From positions 1-64,000 of the forward strand of contig CAVSBO010000007.1 in NCBI GenBank assembly GCA_963726195.1: a stretch of 64,000 bases of DNA. Direction: 5' to 3'. The notes below the pieces were generated by a model. The model did no database searches, was not told where the DNA came from, and was given only the letters and a program-made list of their open reading frames with translations. The position numbers were made by a program, and so were the translations under genes. This stretch comes from Candidatus Thorarchaeota archaeon. Its GTDB lineage: Archaea; Asgardarchaeota; Thorarchaeia; Thorarchaeales; Thorarchaeaceae. This document shows positions 63,129 to 64,000 of this stretch, one piece after another; the first letter of the stretch is position 1; each line of letters begins with the position of its first letter.

Positions 63129-63806
63129 ACCAGCCGCGTGCCATTTCGTATGATAGGCGAGCTGAGCTCTTGGCATCTTGGGTTATCGCCTGCATATGAC
63201 CAGGCAGGGCAACGTCAAAATCGATCTGTGAAATCCTTCTGAGTGACTGCACTGAGCTTTGAAGAGTCTCCTGTGGGAAAATCCACTCGCCCGAAGCTGC
63301 CCTCAGCAAACATCGTGTCACCAGTAATCATCAGACCGAGGTCTTGGTCGTGTAGGCAGATGCTGCCGATAGAATGGCCGGGCGTGTGATACACCTGCAG
63401 ATTCACATCACCAAAGCTGAGGAATCGTCCCTCTTCGAGAGGGTCATCGATCCTTATCGGAGGCAGTTCCGCTCCGAATGTGTCCGCCAACGTGAGACTC
63501 CATGTCCCCGGAGTTGATTCGGTCCGCCTCCTCTCTATGCAAATGGATTGTCGGTGACGCCGATTCGAGAATCGGGATTAGACCTCCAATATGGTCGATG
63601 TGACTGTGTGTAAGAACGACATCAGTGATTGCCTCTGTGCTTGTCCCTAGTGTCCTGAGGTCCAAGTCGAGCTTGGGTGCGTTTAGGCCGGTTCCTGTGT
63701 CAACAAGCACATGGAGGTCGCCGCCATCGATGTATATTATATTGCTGTCAAATGATGTGCTTTCAAGGAAATAGACTTGGCCCGCTATTTTCTCAAACAC
63801 AATCAA
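63118..63806 (-). CDS. MBL-fold (glyoxalase II-like) hydrolase (two frameshifts)
   Basis: THSHIDHIGG, HTPGHS, TGD, LPGH across three frames. Confidence 0.85.
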
Positions 63807-64000
63807 TCACCTGAGGTGTTTGACTAACCTATCGACTTCCTCGTGCGTATTGTAGAAGTGGGACGAAACACGAAGTCTGCCGTTCCGGACCGAGCAATGG
63901 ATCTTTTCTTTTAGCATCGACTTCTGCAGTTCTTCCGCGTCTCGCGGAGCGCATGAGACAATTGCGGAGCTGTTCTTTGGTCCGAAGTCATAGTACTCTA
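63807..64000 (-). CDS. class V aminotransferase (cysteine desulfurase-like), C-terminal part
   Basis: ...VRNGRLRVSSHFYNTHEEVDRL; truncated by the window edge. Confidence 0.8.
   Translation of the reverse strand, partial: EYYDFGPKNSSAIVSCAPRDAEELQKSMLKEKIHCSVRNGRLRVSSHFYNTHEEVDRLVKHLR

Overview
Gene-dense archaeal chromosomal window, most consistent with an Asgard archaeon (probably Thorarchaeia; inference from gene content). Housekeeping genes include NAD kinase, NOB1, glnA, class I lysS, CCA-adding enzyme, rtcB, tmk, rpl13e, rps26e, ino1 and the archaeal CoA pathway (PoK/PPS/PanE/CoaBC). They are interleaved with many eukaryotic-signature-like proteins: Bet3/TRAPP-like V4R proteins, roadblock and longin/uDENN domains, three small GTPases, and PCI and SNAP/TPR solenoids. 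About a dozen genes, several of them essential, are split by apparent single-base indels, most likely sequencing/assembly errors. Main points of interest: (1) a ~0.9 kb densely base-paired region without a credible ORF at 42.7-43.6 kb that looks like an unclassified large ncRNA; (2) a duplicated [roadblock-wHTH-wHTH + Bet3-like] module around two membrane proteins, a possible proto-TRAPP system; (3) a solo TnpB with a RuvC-III D->Q change, bounded by short inverted termini and a TAT direct repeat; (4) a selenocysteine-containing SelD missed by the ORF track, with a eukaryote-like SECIS overlapping its own stop codon; (5) a perfect 22-bp palindrome ahead of a putative cobalamin-uptake operon. 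I recognised no rRNA, tRNA or CRISPR array. All family assignments are from motif recognition by eye; no searches were run.
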